A stretch of DNA of 64,000 nucleotides from an uncultured Maribacter sp. (GCF_947500405.1 NZ_CANMRY010000013.1:98-64097); one strand, 5' to 3'; positions 28,452-39,850 are shown, numbered from the stretch's first letter. Notes: generated by a model from the sequence alone, not told the origin. A program made the numbers and translations.

Positions 28452-29135
28452 TTACGCAAATTTACGCTCAATAAGCTGCATAAAACGTTGCTCTAAATCT
28501 TCTTTTCCCTCCCAATTATTATAATCTGGTTTTACCATATTTACAATAAATGATACGGAACGTTCTTCTGAGTCTATAGTGTTTAATTGTGACAATACAC
28601 GGTTGTAATCTTCTGTACTATCATTAAAAAGGTGCTTTACAAACGCAAGTCTATTATTTAGATCTACTTTAATTTCTTTTGAGCTTACTCTATCATTTAC
28701 AGATTTTGTCTCTTTAGTAAGCAACTCATCACCTTTTGGCATAAAAAGCTCCTTATCATTCTTAGCGTAATTAGGTTTTTCTAAAAATTCTGATAAAACA
28801 GCATCTACCTTTTTATCCTCTGGCATTTCTAAAACCATGTCTTTTATAGTATCCATACCTGGAATCATAATATCTTCTTCATGCGGATTGCTTTCTGGAA
28901 CTAGTTTGTTTTCATTTAAAACCGCATTCGCCATTTTTTCAAACTTAGCAGCTATAGGGCTTTTAGCAACATTTACTTCAACGTCATTTAAATTATCATT
29001 TATGTATTTTAAAACCGCCAATTTCTCGTACATCTCTTTACTTGCATCATAAAGTGCCGTAATTTCTGTAAGGTCTTCTGCAGTAATAATTTGAGTTGCT
29101 AGTTTTACTAACTCTGCTTTTATTTTCTTTTTCAT
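28452..29135 (-). CDS. Hypothetical protein (acidic, helical)
   Basis: 227-aa ORF with coding-like composition. No family recognised. Confidence 0.55.
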   Translation of the reverse strand: MKKKIKAELVKLATQIITAEDLTEITALYDASKEMYEKLAVLKYINDNLNDVEVNVAKSPIAAKFEKMANAVLNENKLVPESNPHEEDIMIPGMDTIKDMVLEMPEDKKVDAVLSEFLEKPNYAKNDKELFMPKGDELLTKETKSVNDRVSSKEIKVDLNNRLAFVKHLFNDSTEDYNRVLSQLNTIDSEERSVSFIVNMVKPDYNNWEGKEDLEQRFMQLIERKFA

Positions 29136-29238
29136 GACGCTATTTTTATCCTTTCAGAAAAGGTGTATTTTTTTCTTAAATTTATATCATCGTTAAATAG
29201 GAACGAAAAAACACCTTATTTTCGTCTAAAATTACAAA

Positions 29239-29883
29239 ATGTTTCTTGAAAATACCGTTAATCATAAAGAACAATTTGGCTGGATCGAAGTTATTGCTGG
29301 ATCTATGTTCTCTGGTAAAACAGAAGAATTAATTAGAAGGTTAAAACGTGCTCAATTTGCTAAACTAAATGTTGTCATTTTTAAACCTATGGTAGATACA
29401 CGTTACGATAAAAGTAAAGTGGTTTCTCATGATTCTAATGAAATACATTCTACGCCTGTAGAATATGCCGCCAAAATTAGAAAACTTGCAGAAAATTGTG
29501 ACGTTATAGGCATTGATGAAGCTCAGTTTTTTGATGATGAAATCGTAGCTGTTTGTAATGATCTTGCAAACAAAGGTATTCGTGTTATAGTTGCTGGTTT
29601 AGATATGGATTTTAAAGGAAATCCTTTTGGGCCAATGCCTAACCTAATGGCCACTGCAGAATATGTAACTAAAGTTCATGCTATTTGTACACGATCTGGA
29701 AACTTAGCAAATTATAGTTTTAGAAAAGCTAACAGCGAGGACCTTGTTCTTTTAGGGGAAGTAGAAGCATACGAACCGCTAAGTAGAGGTTCTTTTTATA
29801 AAGCACAATTAAAAGAAAAGGTAAAAGAATTTCCTGTAAAATCTCAAGAAATAGCACCTTCTAAAAAAAAAGCTAATGACTAA
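29239..29883 (+). CDS. tdk: Thymidine kinase
   Basis: P-loop GSMFSGKTEEL, IGIDEAQFF, and a C-terminal Cys-containing lasso region. Confidence 0.93.
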   Translation: MFLENTVNHKEQFGWIEVIAGSMFSGKTEELIRRLKRAQFAKLNVVIFKPMVDTRYDKSKVVSHDSNEIHSTPVEYAAKIRKLAENCDVIGIDEAQFFDDEIVAVCNDLANKGIRVIVAGLDMDFKGNPFGPMPNLMATAEYVTKVHAICTRSGNLANYSFRKANSEDLVLLGEVEAYEPLSRGSFYKAQLKEKVKEFPVKSQEIAPSKKKAND

Positions 29884-30982
29884 AACTCAAGAAACAGTTT
29901 TAGAGATTAATTTAGCTGCTCTAGAACACAATTATAATTTTATTACATCTAAAATAAAACCTACTACTAAGTTCTTAGCGGTTACTAAGGCTTTTGCTTA
30001 CGGTAGTGATGCCTGTAAAATTGCAAAAAAACTAGAAAAATTAGGGATAGACTATTTTGCAGTTGCGTATACAAAAGAAGGAGTAGAATTAAGAAATTCT
30101 GGAATTAAAACACCTATCCTAGTTCTACACCCGCAAGCAGTAAATTTTAAAACTATTCTAGAATATAACCTAGAGCCTAATTTATATTCCGAAAAAAATC
30201 TTGAAGAATTTTTAGAGGTAGCAAAACAAGAAAATAAAAGCAATTACCCTATTCATATAAAGTTTAATACTGGACTAAATAGATTAGGTTTTACCAAAGA
30301 AGCTATTCCTAAAATTATTTCTATTATAAAGAACAATAGTACTTTACATATACAAAGTGTATTTTCTCATTTAGCTGCATCTGAAGATCTCAATGAAAAA
30401 GAATTTACTAATGAACAAATAAAACAATTCTGTGAAATTAAGGAAGAAATAGAAAAATTACTTTCGTACCCTATACTAACACATATGGCAAACACTTCTG
30501 GAATATTAAATTATCCTGAAGCACATTTTTCTATGGTTCGGAGTGGTATAGGACTATACGGTTATGGTAATAATCCTGATTTTGATAAAAAATTAAAGCC
30601 CGTAGCAACCTTAAAAACAATTATTTCTCAAAAACATATCTTAGAACCTGGAAAAAGTATAGGATATAACAGGGCTTTTATTGCAGATAAAACTATAGTT
30701 ACGGCAACATTACCAATTGGTCATGCAGATGGTATTGGTAGGCAATACGGGCAAGGAAAAACATTTGTAGAAGTAAACGGCAAAAAAGCACTTATTATTG
30801 GTAATGTTTGTATGGATATGATTATGATTGATGTAACAAATATTGATTGTAAAGAAGGAGATGAAGTAATTATTTTTGGTTCAGAACAATCTGCGGAAGA
30901 TTTTGCAAAAACAGCAAATACTATTTCCTATGAACTATTAACAGGTATTGCATCTAGAGTTAAAAGAAAATTGTTAATTTAA
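29876..30982 (+). CDS. alr: Alanine racemase
   Basis: 368 aa. PLP-Lys motif AVTKAFAYG and a typical C-terminal barrel. The 8-nt overlap with tdk (ATGACTAA) suggests coupling. Confidence 0.92.
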   Translation: MTKTQETVLEINLAALEHNYNFITSKIKPTTKFLAVTKAFAYGSDACKIAKKLEKLGIDYFAVAYTKEGVELRNSGIKTPILVLHPQAVNFKTILEYNLEPNLYSEKNLEEFLEVAKQENKSNYPIHIKFNTGLNRLGFTKEAIPKIISIIKNNSTLHIQSVFSHLAASEDLNEKEFTNEQIKQFCEIKEEIEKLLSYPILTHMANTSGILNYPEAHFSMVRSGIGLYGYGNNPDFDKKLKPVATLKTIISQKHILEPGKSIGYNRAFIADKTIVTATLPIGHADGIGRQYGQGKTFVEVNGKKALIIGNVCMDMIMIDVTNIDCKEGDEVIIFGSEQSAEDFAKTANTISYELLTGIASRVKRKLLI

Positions 30983-31063
30983 TTTATGTTTTCTAAATTT
31001 AAGATGTGACTTTTTTTATTAAATTGCGTCTAAATACATGTAACCAATTAAACACTAAATATT

Positions 31064-31465
31064 ATGTTAAAAGAATTTAAGAATTTTATCATGACCGGAA
31101 ACGTGATTGATTTTGCAGTAGCAGTTATTATGGCAACCGCTTTAGGCGCTGTTATTAATGGGTTTGTAAACAACATTGTTATGCCATTTGTTGGTCATTT
31201 TGCTGGTGGTGTTGATTTTGCAGACAAAAAAATTGTTCTAGATGAAGCTGTAGTAGATGCGGCAGGAGTGGTAACATCTCCTGAAAATGCAATTATGTGG
31301 GGTTCATGGATAAACACAATTATTAACTTAATTATTGTTGGTTTTATCATGTTTTTAATTGTAAAAGCTTACAACAAAACAAAAGCTCCAGAACCAGAAG
31401 CAGCACCTGCAGGACCAACTGCAGAAGAATTGCTTACAGAGATTCGTGATGCATTAAAAAAGTAA
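31064..31465 (+). CDS. mscL: Large-conductance mechanosensitive channel
   Basis: MLKEFKNFIMTGNVIDFAVAVIMATA N-terminus is diagnostic. Confidence 0.95.
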   Translation: MLKEFKNFIMTGNVIDFAVAVIMATALGAVINGFVNNIVMPFVGHFAGGVDFADKKIVLDEAVVDAAGVVTSPENAIMWGSWINTIINLIIVGFIMFLIVKAYNKTKAPEPEAAPAGPTAEELLTEIRDALKK

Positions 31466-31491
31466 TACATTTTACTTTTTACATATAAAAT

Positions 31492-31522
31492 AACCCTGTC
31501 TAGAAATAGATGGGGTTTTTTC
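31492..31522 (+). terminator. Intrinsic terminator of mscL
   Basis: 11-bp stem AACCCTGTCTA / TAGATGGGGTT (two G:U pairs), loop GAAA, then a T-run. Confidence 0.75.
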
Positions 31523-31588
31523 TTGATGCAAACATATTGTTATAAATAAAACATTTTGTTATATTTTAATTATTCTTTGTTTTAATAC

Positions 31589-31618
31589 TTGTACAACTCC
31601 AAGTTATACTTAAATTTG
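31589..31618 (+). promoter_or_regulatory. Promoter of asd
   Basis: TTG (31589-31591), 19 nt, TAAATTTG (31611-31618), 27 nt upstream of the GTG start. Confidence 0.55.
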
Positions 31619-31644
31619 CAGCTTAATCTTTAAATAAAGTAAAA

Positions 31645-32634
31645 GTGAAAATAGCAGTTGTAGGAGCTACAGGAATGGTAGGAGAGGTAATGCTAAAAGT
31701 TTTAGCAGAGCGTAATTTTCCTATTACAGAGTTATTATTAGTTGCCTCAGAGCGTTCTGTAGGTAAAAAATTAGCATATAAAGGTGTAGATCACACAATT
31801 ATTGGATTAGCGGATGCAGTAGCAGCTAAACCAGATATTGCTATTTTTTCAGCTGGTGGAGATACCTCTTTAGAATGGGCTCCTAAGTTTGCAGAAGCAG
31901 GAACAACTGTTGTTGATAATTCATCTGCATGGCGTATGGATCCTACTAAAAAACTAGTAGTTCCAGAAATTAATGCAAATGAACTAACAGCAGAAGATAA
32001 AATTATTGCTAACCCTAATTGTTCTACTATTCAATTAGTAATGGCGCTTTCTCCTTTGCATAAAAAATATAATATGAAACGTGTGGTAGTATCTACTTAC
32101 CAATCTGTTTCTGGTACAGGTGTTAAAGCTGTAAAACAGTTAGAGAATGAGGTTGCTGGCATAGAAGGAGAAATGGCGTACCCATACCCAATTGGGCGTA
32201 ACGCGTTACCACATTGCGATGTTTTCTTAGAAAATGGCTACACTAAAGAGGAAATGAAATTAGCAAGAGAGCCTCAGAAAATTTTAAATGATAGAACCTT
32301 CTCTATTAGTGCAACTGCAGTTCGTATACCAACTGCAGGTGGCCACTCAGAATCTGTAAATGTAGAATTTGAAAACGATTTTGATTTAAATGAAGTTCGT
32401 AGAATATTAAACGATACTCCAGGAGTAACAGTACAAGATAATCCAGATACTAATACCTATCCAATGCCAATTTATGCACACGATAAGGATGATGTTTTTG
32501 TTGGAAGAATTCGTAGAGATGAAACACAGCCGAATAGTATAAATATGTGGATTGTTGCAGATAACCTTAGAAAAGGTGCTGCTACAAATGCTGTACAAAT
32601 TGCTGAATATTTAATTAAGAATAGTTTAGTTTAA
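31645..32634 (+). CDS. asd: Aspartate-semialdehyde dehydrogenase
   Basis: 329 aa. VGATGMVG NAD motif and active-site NPNCSTIQ. GTG start. Confidence 0.95.
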   Translation: MKIAVVGATGMVGEVMLKVLAERNFPITELLLVASERSVGKKLAYKGVDHTIIGLADAVAAKPDIAIFSAGGDTSLEWAPKFAEAGTTVVDNSSAWRMDPTKKLVVPEINANELTAEDKIIANPNCSTIQLVMALSPLHKKYNMKRVVVSTYQSVSGTGVKAVKQLENEVAGIEGEMAYPYPIGRNALPHCDVFLENGYTKEEMKLAREPQKILNDRTFSISATAVRIPTAGGHSESVNVEFENDFDLNEVRRILNDTPGVTVQDNPDTNTYPMPIYAHDKDDVFVGRIRRDETQPNSINMWIVADNLRKGAATNAVQIAEYLIKNSLV

Positions 32635-32679
32635 AAATACCTTTTTACTATTTAAAAAAGCTTTTAATGTTTAAAAATG

Positions 32680-33330
32680 TTAAAGGCTTTTTGGTTTCCC
32701 AAACAGAAGAAACAAAATACCATTCATTTTATCTCCAACCGTTTGCCTCAAGATTAAAAACGCTTTCGTAATATGAGCTTCTACAGACTTTATTGAAATC
32801 TCTTTATATTCAGCAATTTCAATGTTTGTAAGCCCTTCTTCTTTGCTCAACAAAAAAACTTCCTTACACTTTGGCGGTAAGTTTTTTATTTCCTTTTTAA
32901 CTATTGTAATCATATTATCAATTGAATGGCTATCATAATCTTCAACAATTATTGAAAGGGCATCTATATATTTCTTCTCCAAACGAAAAACAGGTCTATT
33001 CTTCCTGTATTCATCTATAAATTCATTATAAACAGATTTATACAAAAAACCATTAATTGAAAACTCACTTTTTAAATTATTACGCTTTTTCCAAACTCTA
33101 ATAAAAACGTTTTGTACAATATCTTCAGCTAAATCTTTATCATTCGCTAAACTAAATGCGTACACACATAACTTGTGATGATAAGCGTCAACCAAGAATG
33201 TATAAGCTTTAGAATCACCAAGTTTTAGGGCTTTAATAAGCTGAATGTTATCAGAATAAGGATTTTTCAATTTGTAAAATGATAAAAAAAAGTGTAATTG
33301 TTTGCGCAAAATATAAAAAAAAAGCAACAA
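32680..33330 (-). CDS. ECF-type RNA polymerase sigma-70 factor
   Basis: Region 2 (DLAEDIVQNVFIRVWKKR) and region 4 HTH (LTNIEIAEYKEISIKSVEAHITKA). The true start may be the internal TTG at 33270, because the first 20 codons are atypical. Confidence 0.85.
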   Translation of the reverse strand: MLLFFYILRKQLHFFLSFYKLKNPYSDNIQLIKALKLGDSKAYTFLVDAYHHKLCVYAFSLANDKDLAEDIVQNVFIRVWKKRNNLKSEFSINGFLYKSVYNEFIDEYRKNRPVFRLEKKYIDALSIIVEDYDSHSIDNMITIVKKEIKNLPPKCKEVFLLSKEEGLTNIEIAEYKEISIKSVEAHITKAFLILRQTVGDKMNGILFLLFGKPKSL

Positions 33331-33382
33331 AAGTTAGGGTAAGGCAAAATTACTACGTAATAAATAAAAATAGTGCAAAACA

Positions 33383-34561
33383 ATGATTAGTTCAAAAACG
33401 GAAAAATTAATCGTAAAATATCTCTGCAATCAAGCTTCTATAATTGAGCTAGATGAACTAGAATCTTGGATACTAAAGTCTCAAAAAAACGAAAAACTAT
33501 TCAATTCTTATATAAAAACTAATTATGTGATAGAATTTAACACAAAAAAATTCAATACAAAAAAAGTAAAACTAAAATTACTTGAAACAATAAAAAAGGA
33601 ACAGAGAGATCTAAAACTTCGAAGAATAAGAAAAATCATAAGCTATTCTGCCGCCGCAGCAATTAGCGGATTATTAATTACATCAATTGTTTTTAAAGAG
33701 GACTTCTTTAGTATTTCAAAAACCAATAGTCAACAAGAAGTCGTTAATACCAATATTGTTGTTCCTGGAAGTGATAAAGCTATTTTAACATTGGAGGATG
33801 GCTCATTTATAGAGCTAAACAAAGAAAATACATTTAAAAATGAACAAGCAAATAGTAATGGTGAGCAAATAGTTTACAAAAGGACAATTCAAAAAACGAC
33901 TAAAATCAAATACAACTCCCTTACTATACCAAGAGGAGGTCAATTTTATTTAAAACTTGCAGACGGCACATCTGTTTGGTTAAATTCTGAGTCGAAATTA
34001 AGGTATCCCGTATCATTCACAGATGGTGAAACGCGAAAAGTTGAACTCATTTACGGTGAAGCCTATTTTGATGTGTCCCCTAGCACTAAACATAAAGGGG
34101 CTAAATTTATGGTCTCAAACCAATTTCAAGATATAGAAGTATTAGGTACCAAATTCAATCTTCAAGCTTATAAAGATGAAGCAAATATTTACACCACGTT
34201 GGTAGAAGGAAAAGTATCTGTTAATATAGGTGATTCCAAACAAACTCTACTTCCTAGTGAACAATCCAATCTAAATAAAAATAATAATGATATTTCAGTA
34301 AATCTGGTAGATGTTAAATCTGTTATATCATGGAAAAATGGATTCTTCAGTTTTAGAGGAAAACCTTTAAAAGACATAGCCAAAATACTTTCAAGGTGGT
34401 ATGATGTAGATATCATTTTTGAAAACAAAGAACTTGAAGAAATTACCTTTAAAGGTGTGTTAGGAAAAGATCAAATGATTGAAGACATTTTATTATCAAT
34501 AAAAACGCTTAGCATAATTAAAGATTACTCAATTAATGAAAACAAAATAACAATAAAATAG
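33383..34561 (+). CDS. FecR-family anti-sigma factor
   Basis: 392 aa. A central TM (ISYSAAAAISGLLITSIVF) and a periplasmic FecR domain, directly upstream of an STN-bearing SusC. Confidence 0.85.
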   Translation: MISSKTEKLIVKYLCNQASIIELDELESWILKSQKNEKLFNSYIKTNYVIEFNTKKFNTKKVKLKLLETIKKEQRDLKLRRIRKIISYSAAAAISGLLITSIVFKEDFFSISKTNSQQEVVNTNIVVPGSDKAILTLEDGSFIELNKENTFKNEQANSNGEQIVYKRTIQKTTKIKYNSLTIPRGGQFYLKLADGTSVWLNSESKLRYPVSFTDGETRKVELIYGEAYFDVSPSTKHKGAKFMVSNQFQDIEVLGTKFNLQAYKDEANIYTTLVEGKVSVNIGDSKQTLLPSEQSNLNKNNNDISVNLVDVKSVISWKNGFFSFRGKPLKDIAKILSRWYDVDIIFENKELEEITFKGVLGKDQMIEDILLSIKTLSIIKDYSINENKITIK

Positions 34562-34730
34562 ACACAAAACCTTAAGTATAACCTAAAACAAATATATATG
34601 AAATGACAAATACAGCACATAAAAAAAGGAAAGGGAACAGAGTTTTAACCTTGGAAAGTATCGAGCTCTATCCCCTTCATTAGTTATCAACTAATTAAAT
34701 AATTAACCAATTTAATAACAAGACAAATTT

Positions 34731-37700
34731 ATGAAAATTAAACTAAGAAATGTTTTTTTCTATTTTAGAAATGAACTATTAATGAATGTTATGAGAAGCT
34801 TTATTTTCTTATGCTGTGTAACAGCGTTTAGTTTTACCAGCAATGGAGCTTTATCTCAAAACTCCAAAATTAAAATTGACGCTAATAAAACCTTAACAGT
34901 CGATGAAGTTTTTGACCTCATTATGGAACAAACTGACTATAAATTCATCTACCAAGAAGGGACTTTTAAAAAATTCCCACTTGTAGTGGTAAAAAAAGGA
35001 ATAGTATCAGCTAATGATTTATTACAGAAGAGTTTATCAAGTGGGAACTTTAACGTTATCCTGTCTTCTAATAATACTGTCATTATAGAAAAAAGAATAG
35101 AAATTGTAAATGAAGAACAAGGCTTTAAGGTATTGGGCACCATTACAGATGAGAATTCCCAACCTTTGCCTGGAGCAAATATTATTGAAAAAGGAACAAC
35201 AAATGGCGCTCAAGCAGATTTTGACGGAAAATTTTCTTTAAATATAGCTAATGGAAATGCTACTTTAGTTATATCTTATCTTGGGTTTTTACCTCAAGAA
35301 ATAGCTGTTAATAAGCAAACAAATATTACAATTATATTAAAAGAAGACACTGCAAAACTAGACGAAGTTGTTGTTGTTGGATATGGTACGGCTCGTAGAA
35401 AAGATATTTCTGGAGCTGTTTCAAGTATAAAACTAGAAGACTCACCTACTGCTCTTGCACCTAATTCTAATATTTTACAGGCGTTACAAGGAAGTATAGC
35501 TGGTATTAATGTAGGTGTACAAACCTCACCAGGAACTAACCCAAGCATTTTAGTACGTGGACGAAATTCAATAAACGGCTCAAATAATCCATTAATTGTT
35601 TTAGATGGTATTATCTATTTAGGAGGCTTAGCTGACATTAATCCTGATGATATTGCTAGTATTGATGTGTTAAAAGATGCATCATCAGCAGCTGTGTATG
35701 GTTCTCGTGCTGCAAATGGTGTTATCGTAATTACATCAAAAAAGGGGAAATCTGAAAAGCCAAGTATTACATTTAGTTCATCTATAGGTGTTAACGAATG
35801 GGCCAACCGACCTAATTTTATGAGTCGTGATAGATGGATTGAGAAATTCATAGCACAATCACCAAATATTGATTCAGTTGAGGATATTATTTTTGATGGT
35901 GTAACCCCTAATCGTTTATTTGAACAAGGGGTAGATACAGACTGGGTAGATTTAATTGCACGCAATGGTATTACTCAAAATCATCAAGCAGCAGTTTCAG
36001 GACGAAGTAAAGGAACAACTTATTATTTTTCTGGAGGATATAGCGATAATGAAGGTGTTATTTTAGGTGATGAGTTTACACGTATTTCTGTTCGAACAAA
36101 ACTAGATACAAAAATATCAGATTGGTTAGAAGTAGGTTTAGATGGTGCTTATAACAATAATGACTTTTCTGGAGTTGAAGCTAATATCAGTAGAGCTTTT
36201 GAACTTCCACCACATGGGTTTCCTTACCGTTGGGAAACTATGCCAGAAAATCCCAGCATTGATAATGGAACGTTATTAGAAAGGTACCCAATAGGGCAAT
36301 CTATAGAGAATCCGTTATGGGGTACTGATGGAACAATTGAAGATGTAGATAAAAGAAATTTCTTTAGGTTAGCAACCTATGCACTATTTAAAGTACCAAG
36401 TATTGATGGATTAACTTATAGATTTAATTATTCAATTAATTCAAATGCCAACATTCGCGAAAGATTCACTTTCGAAAACTTTTACATTCAAGAGAATTCA
36501 ACAGAACCTTTTATAGATAGGTACTCAAAATCTGAGATTGCTAAAGGGTTAACCCAAGCAAATGGTTATAACCAAAGAGAAAATAATTATAACTATGTAA
36601 TGGACAATATTTTAAATTATAAAAAACAATTTGGAGACCATTATATAGATGCTACATTAGTAGCTACCCGTGATTATACTTATAGTAAAAGATTAAGAGC
36701 TAGTGGCACCAATTTTGCAGCAAATGGCAACACACAATTGGGTGTTAATGGTATTCATTTTGCAGAAACGCAGAGTAATGATATAGAAGTAATTGAGAGA
36801 TCAAATGTAGGATATGCTGCACGATTAAGTTACGCCTATGATAATAAATATCATTTAACAGCCACTGCCCGTCGTGACGGTGCTTCAGTTTTTGGTAACG
36901 AAAATAAGTTTGGTAATTTTGGATCTATTGGAGCTGCTTGGACAATGTCGGAAGAGGATTTTTTAACGGACTCCAAAACACTTAATTATTTAAAAGTTAA
37001 GGCTTCTTATGGAACCAATGGTAATCAAGGCCTTGACCCATACCAAACGCTAGCTACTGTAGTTAATGGGTTTAGTGGAGGTAATCGTTATCAGTTTTCT
37101 AATGCACCTTCTACATCATTATATGGTATTGGACAAAATGCTTTAGGAAATACAGCTCTTGGTTGGGAAGCCACAACAGCTTTTAATGGCGGCTTCCAAT
37201 CAGCATGGCTTAACAATAGAGTGTTTTTAGATTTAGATTTTTACTTTTCAGAAACAAGAGATCAGATATTCTTGCGTTCAATTCCTATTTTCTCTGGCTT
37301 TAGTTCTATTTTTTCAAGTTTAGGACAAGTTAATAACAGAGGAATTGAAATTAGTTTAAGAACAGTTAATATTGATACTGAAGATTTTAAATGGTCTTCT
37401 GGCGTGAATTTCTGGAAAAACAGAAATAAAGTTGCAAGTTTATACGGTGAAGATTTAGACAATGACGGTGTAGAAGATGACGATATTGGTAATGGTTTAT
37501 TTATAGGAAAACCTTTAGGTGCTATCTTTGGTTATGAATACGACGGTGTTGTTCAAGAAGATGACACAGAATACATAGCAAATACGGGAGCCTTACCAGG
37601 AGATGCGAAATATACAGATATAAGTGGCCCTGATGGCGTACCAGATGGTCTAATTACTGCTGATTATGACCGTAAAATATTGGGTTACGAGACACCAAAC

Positions 37701-38168
37701 TTTAGAATGAATTTTTCAAATACTCTAGAGTATAAAAACTTCACATTTTATATGTTGGTCACAGGTGTATTTGGTGGCGGAAAAGACAATTTCTATTTAG
37801 GATCTAACCCGTTGCATAATTCATTTAGAGATAGAAGTACATTTAATGAAGTAGACCATGGATGGTGGACTCCTGAAAACGCTAGCGAAAAATATTTACG
37901 TGCAGATTTTGCAGATAACCGCTATTTAGGGTTACAATCTCGTGGCTTTGTAAGGATACAAGATATTAACCTGTCTTACAAGTTACCAGTTACTAAAATT
38001 AAAGGTATTGGGTTACAATCATTAGAGCTTTATACAAGTGTTAAAAACCTCCATGTATTTACCAATTGGTTTGGTGGCGGAGATCCTGAAGCAGGTATTC
38101 GAACAGCGCAAGGAAACATAACACCTGTTCCAAGAACATACTTAATGGGAATAAAAGCTAGATTTTAA
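34731..38168 (+). CDS. SusC/RagA-family TonB-dependent outer-membrane transducer (with N-terminal STN signalling domain)
   Basis: 1145 aa. STN-like segment (TLTVDEVFDLIMEQTDYKFIY), carboxypeptidase-regulatory-like domain (GTITDENSQPLPGANI), TonB box DEVVVVGYG, C-terminal barrel ending ...MGIKARF. Confidence 0.93.
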   Translation: MKIKLRNVFFYFRNELLMNVMRSFIFLCCVTAFSFTSNGALSQNSKIKIDANKTLTVDEVFDLIMEQTDYKFIYQEGTFKKFPLVVVKKGIVSANDLLQKSLSSGNFNVILSSNNTVIIEKRIEIVNEEQGFKVLGTITDENSQPLPGANIIEKGTTNGAQADFDGKFSLNIANGNATLVISYLGFLPQEIAVNKQTNITIILKEDTAKLDEVVVVGYGTARRKDISGAVSSIKLEDSPTALAPNSNILQALQGSIAGINVGVQTSPGTNPSILVRGRNSINGSNNPLIVLDGIIYLGGLADINPDDIASIDVLKDASSAAVYGSRAANGVIVITSKKGKSEKPSITFSSSIGVNEWANRPNFMSRDRWIEKFIAQSPNIDSVEDIIFDGVTPNRLFEQGVDTDWVDLIARNGITQNHQAAVSGRSKGTTYYFSGGYSDNEGVILGDEFTRISVRTKLDTKISDWLEVGLDGAYNNNDFSGVEANISRAFELPPHGFPYRWETMPENPSIDNGTLLERYPIGQSIENPLWGTDGTIEDVDKRNFFRLATYALFKVPSIDGLTYRFNYSINSNANIRERFTFENFYIQENSTEPFIDRYSKSEIAKGLTQANGYNQRENNYNYVMDNILNYKKQFGDHYIDATLVATRDYTYSKRLRASGTNFAANGNTQLGVNGIHFAETQSNDIEVIERSNVGYAARLSYAYDNKYHLTATARRDGASVFGNENKFGNFGSIGAAWTMSEEDFLTDSKTLNYLKVKASYGTNGNQGLDPYQTLATVVNGFSGGNRYQFSNAPSTSLYGIGQNALGNTALGWEATTAFNGGFQSAWLNNRVFLDLDFYFSETRDQIFLRSIPIFSGFSSIFSSLGQVNNRGIEISLRTVNIDTEDFKWSSGVNFWKNRNKVASLYGEDLDNDGVEDDDIGNGLFIGKPLGAIFGYEYDGVVQEDDTEYIANTGALPGDAKYTDISGPDGVPDGLITADYDRKILGYETPNFRMNFSNTLEYKNFTFYMLVTGVFGGGKDNFYLGSNPLHNSFRDRSTFNEVDHGWWTPENASEKYLRADFADNRYLGLQSRGFVRIQDINLSYKLPVTKIKGIGLQSLELYTSVKNLHVFTNWFGGGDPEAGIRTAQGNITPVPRTYLMGIKARF

Positions 38169-38185
38169 TTTTAAAAAAAGATATT

Positions 38186-39850
38186 ATGAAAACACATAAA
38201 ATAAAAATACAAGCCTTTGTTTTGTTCATGTTACTCTTTTCTTTTTTAGGATGTAACGATAATGAATTCTTAACTGAAGAACCAAAGTCATTTTATACTA
38301 CAGATAACATATTTACTTCTGGTGAGCAACTAGATCAAGTATTGATAACCATATACAGTTCATTACGTGATTTAAGTAAAAATGCAGTTTTAATGGGGCA
38401 AGGGACAGATTATTTTGAAAGCCCGCAGTTTAGAATAAATAGCAATTTTACAGACTACAGCAGGATTAATCCTCAAAGTGATCAATTTAGAACTATTTTT
38501 AATTCCTTTTATGAAACTATTAAAGATGCAAATACGGTTTTAGACCCTGTAAATTTACAAGGTGAATTTAACTCTGAAACTTCAAAAGCTTATATAATTG
38601 CTCAGGCTAGATTTTTTAGAGCTTATTGTCACGGTATGTTAGCCGAACTTTATGGAGGTGTGCCTATAATAACTGAATTAGCTGTAGAGCCACGTTTTAA
38701 CTACGTTAGAGCAACACGCGAAGAAACGTATCAGTTTGCTATTGATGAGATTGAAGCTATACTCAGTGATTTACCAGAAACTACGGCACAAGGAGGTAGA
38801 ATTGTAAAAGCAGCCGCTCAACATTATTTGAGTGAATTTTATTTAGCCAAAGGTATTGAAACATCAAATAGTGAAGATTTCAATATGGCTATACAATATG
38901 CTTCAGATATTATTGATGGTGGTCGCTATGCATTAATGACAGAACGTTTTGGAGTTCGAGCTAATGAAGAAAATACAGTAACTGGGGGAGCTGATGTGTA
39001 TTGGGATTTGTTTCAAAATGGAAATATTAATTTTTCTGATGGAAACACAGAAAGTATATGGGCTTTACAGTTTGATTATGATGCCTTTGTTCTAGAAGAT
39101 GATGATAACTTTAATAGTCACCCAAGAAGTTTTGGACCAGTATATAGAGCACTTCCGGGATTTCTTGGAGTTGGAGAAGATGCAGGAGGTAGAGGTGTTG
39201 CTTTTTTTGCTCCAACCCCATTAACAGAATTTACTATTTGGGATGAGAGCATCTCAACCGGAGACCAACGCAATGCAGAACACAACATAAGTAGAAGAAT
39301 ATTCTACAATGATCCTAGTTTACCAAATTTTGGAGAACAAATTACCCAATCTGTTATTGATGAAAATAATGATAGAGGATGGATTTTTCCAATTTATTAT
39401 AAACTAAATACAGACTTATATGAAGGTCTTGAGGATGGACAAAATAGAAGCAATATTTGGACAGATGTTTATGCTATTCGTTTAGCAGAAACCATATTAC
39501 TGAGAGCAGAAGCCTACCATCGTAAAGGAGAAAATCAGAATGCAGCAGATGATATTAATTTACTTAGGTCTCGAGCTCAATGCGACATTCTGGCTACAGC
39601 CTCTGATATAGATATCGATTATATTCTAGATGAGCGCGCCAGAGAACTTTACCTAGAAGAAAGAAGATGGAATACTTTATTGAGGATGGGAGGTACTGTA
39701 GCAACAGACAGAATTAAAGCAAATTTATTGCACCCCCAGTTTGAGACATCACTCAATTTTGATTATAATTTATGGCCAATTCCTCAAGAAGCTATTGATC
39801 GTAATACAGATGTTATTTTGACACAAAATCCTGGTTGGCAAAACAGATAA
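38186..39850 (+). CDS. RagB/SusD-family nutrient-binding outer-membrane lipoprotein
   Basis: Lipoprotein signal (LLFSFLGCND). Helical TPR-like SusD fold features (LLRAEAY, RARELYLEERRWNTLLRMG). Confidence 0.92.
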   Translation: MKTHKIKIQAFVLFMLLFSFLGCNDNEFLTEEPKSFYTTDNIFTSGEQLDQVLITIYSSLRDLSKNAVLMGQGTDYFESPQFRINSNFTDYSRINPQSDQFRTIFNSFYETIKDANTVLDPVNLQGEFNSETSKAYIIAQARFFRAYCHGMLAELYGGVPIITELAVEPRFNYVRATREETYQFAIDEIEAILSDLPETTAQGGRIVKAAAQHYLSEFYLAKGIETSNSEDFNMAIQYASDIIDGGRYALMTERFGVRANEENTVTGGADVYWDLFQNGNINFSDGNTESIWALQFDYDAFVLEDDDNFNSHPRSFGPVYRALPGFLGVGEDAGGRGVAFFAPTPLTEFTIWDESISTGDQRNAEHNISRRIFYNDPSLPNFGEQITQSVIDENNDRGWIFPIYYKLNTDLYEGLEDGQNRSNIWTDVYAIRLAETILLRAEAYHRKGENQNAADDINLLRSRAQCDILATASDIDIDYILDERARELYLEERRWNTLLRMGGTVATDRIKANLLHPQFETSLNFDYNLWPIPQEAIDRNTDVILTQNPGWQNR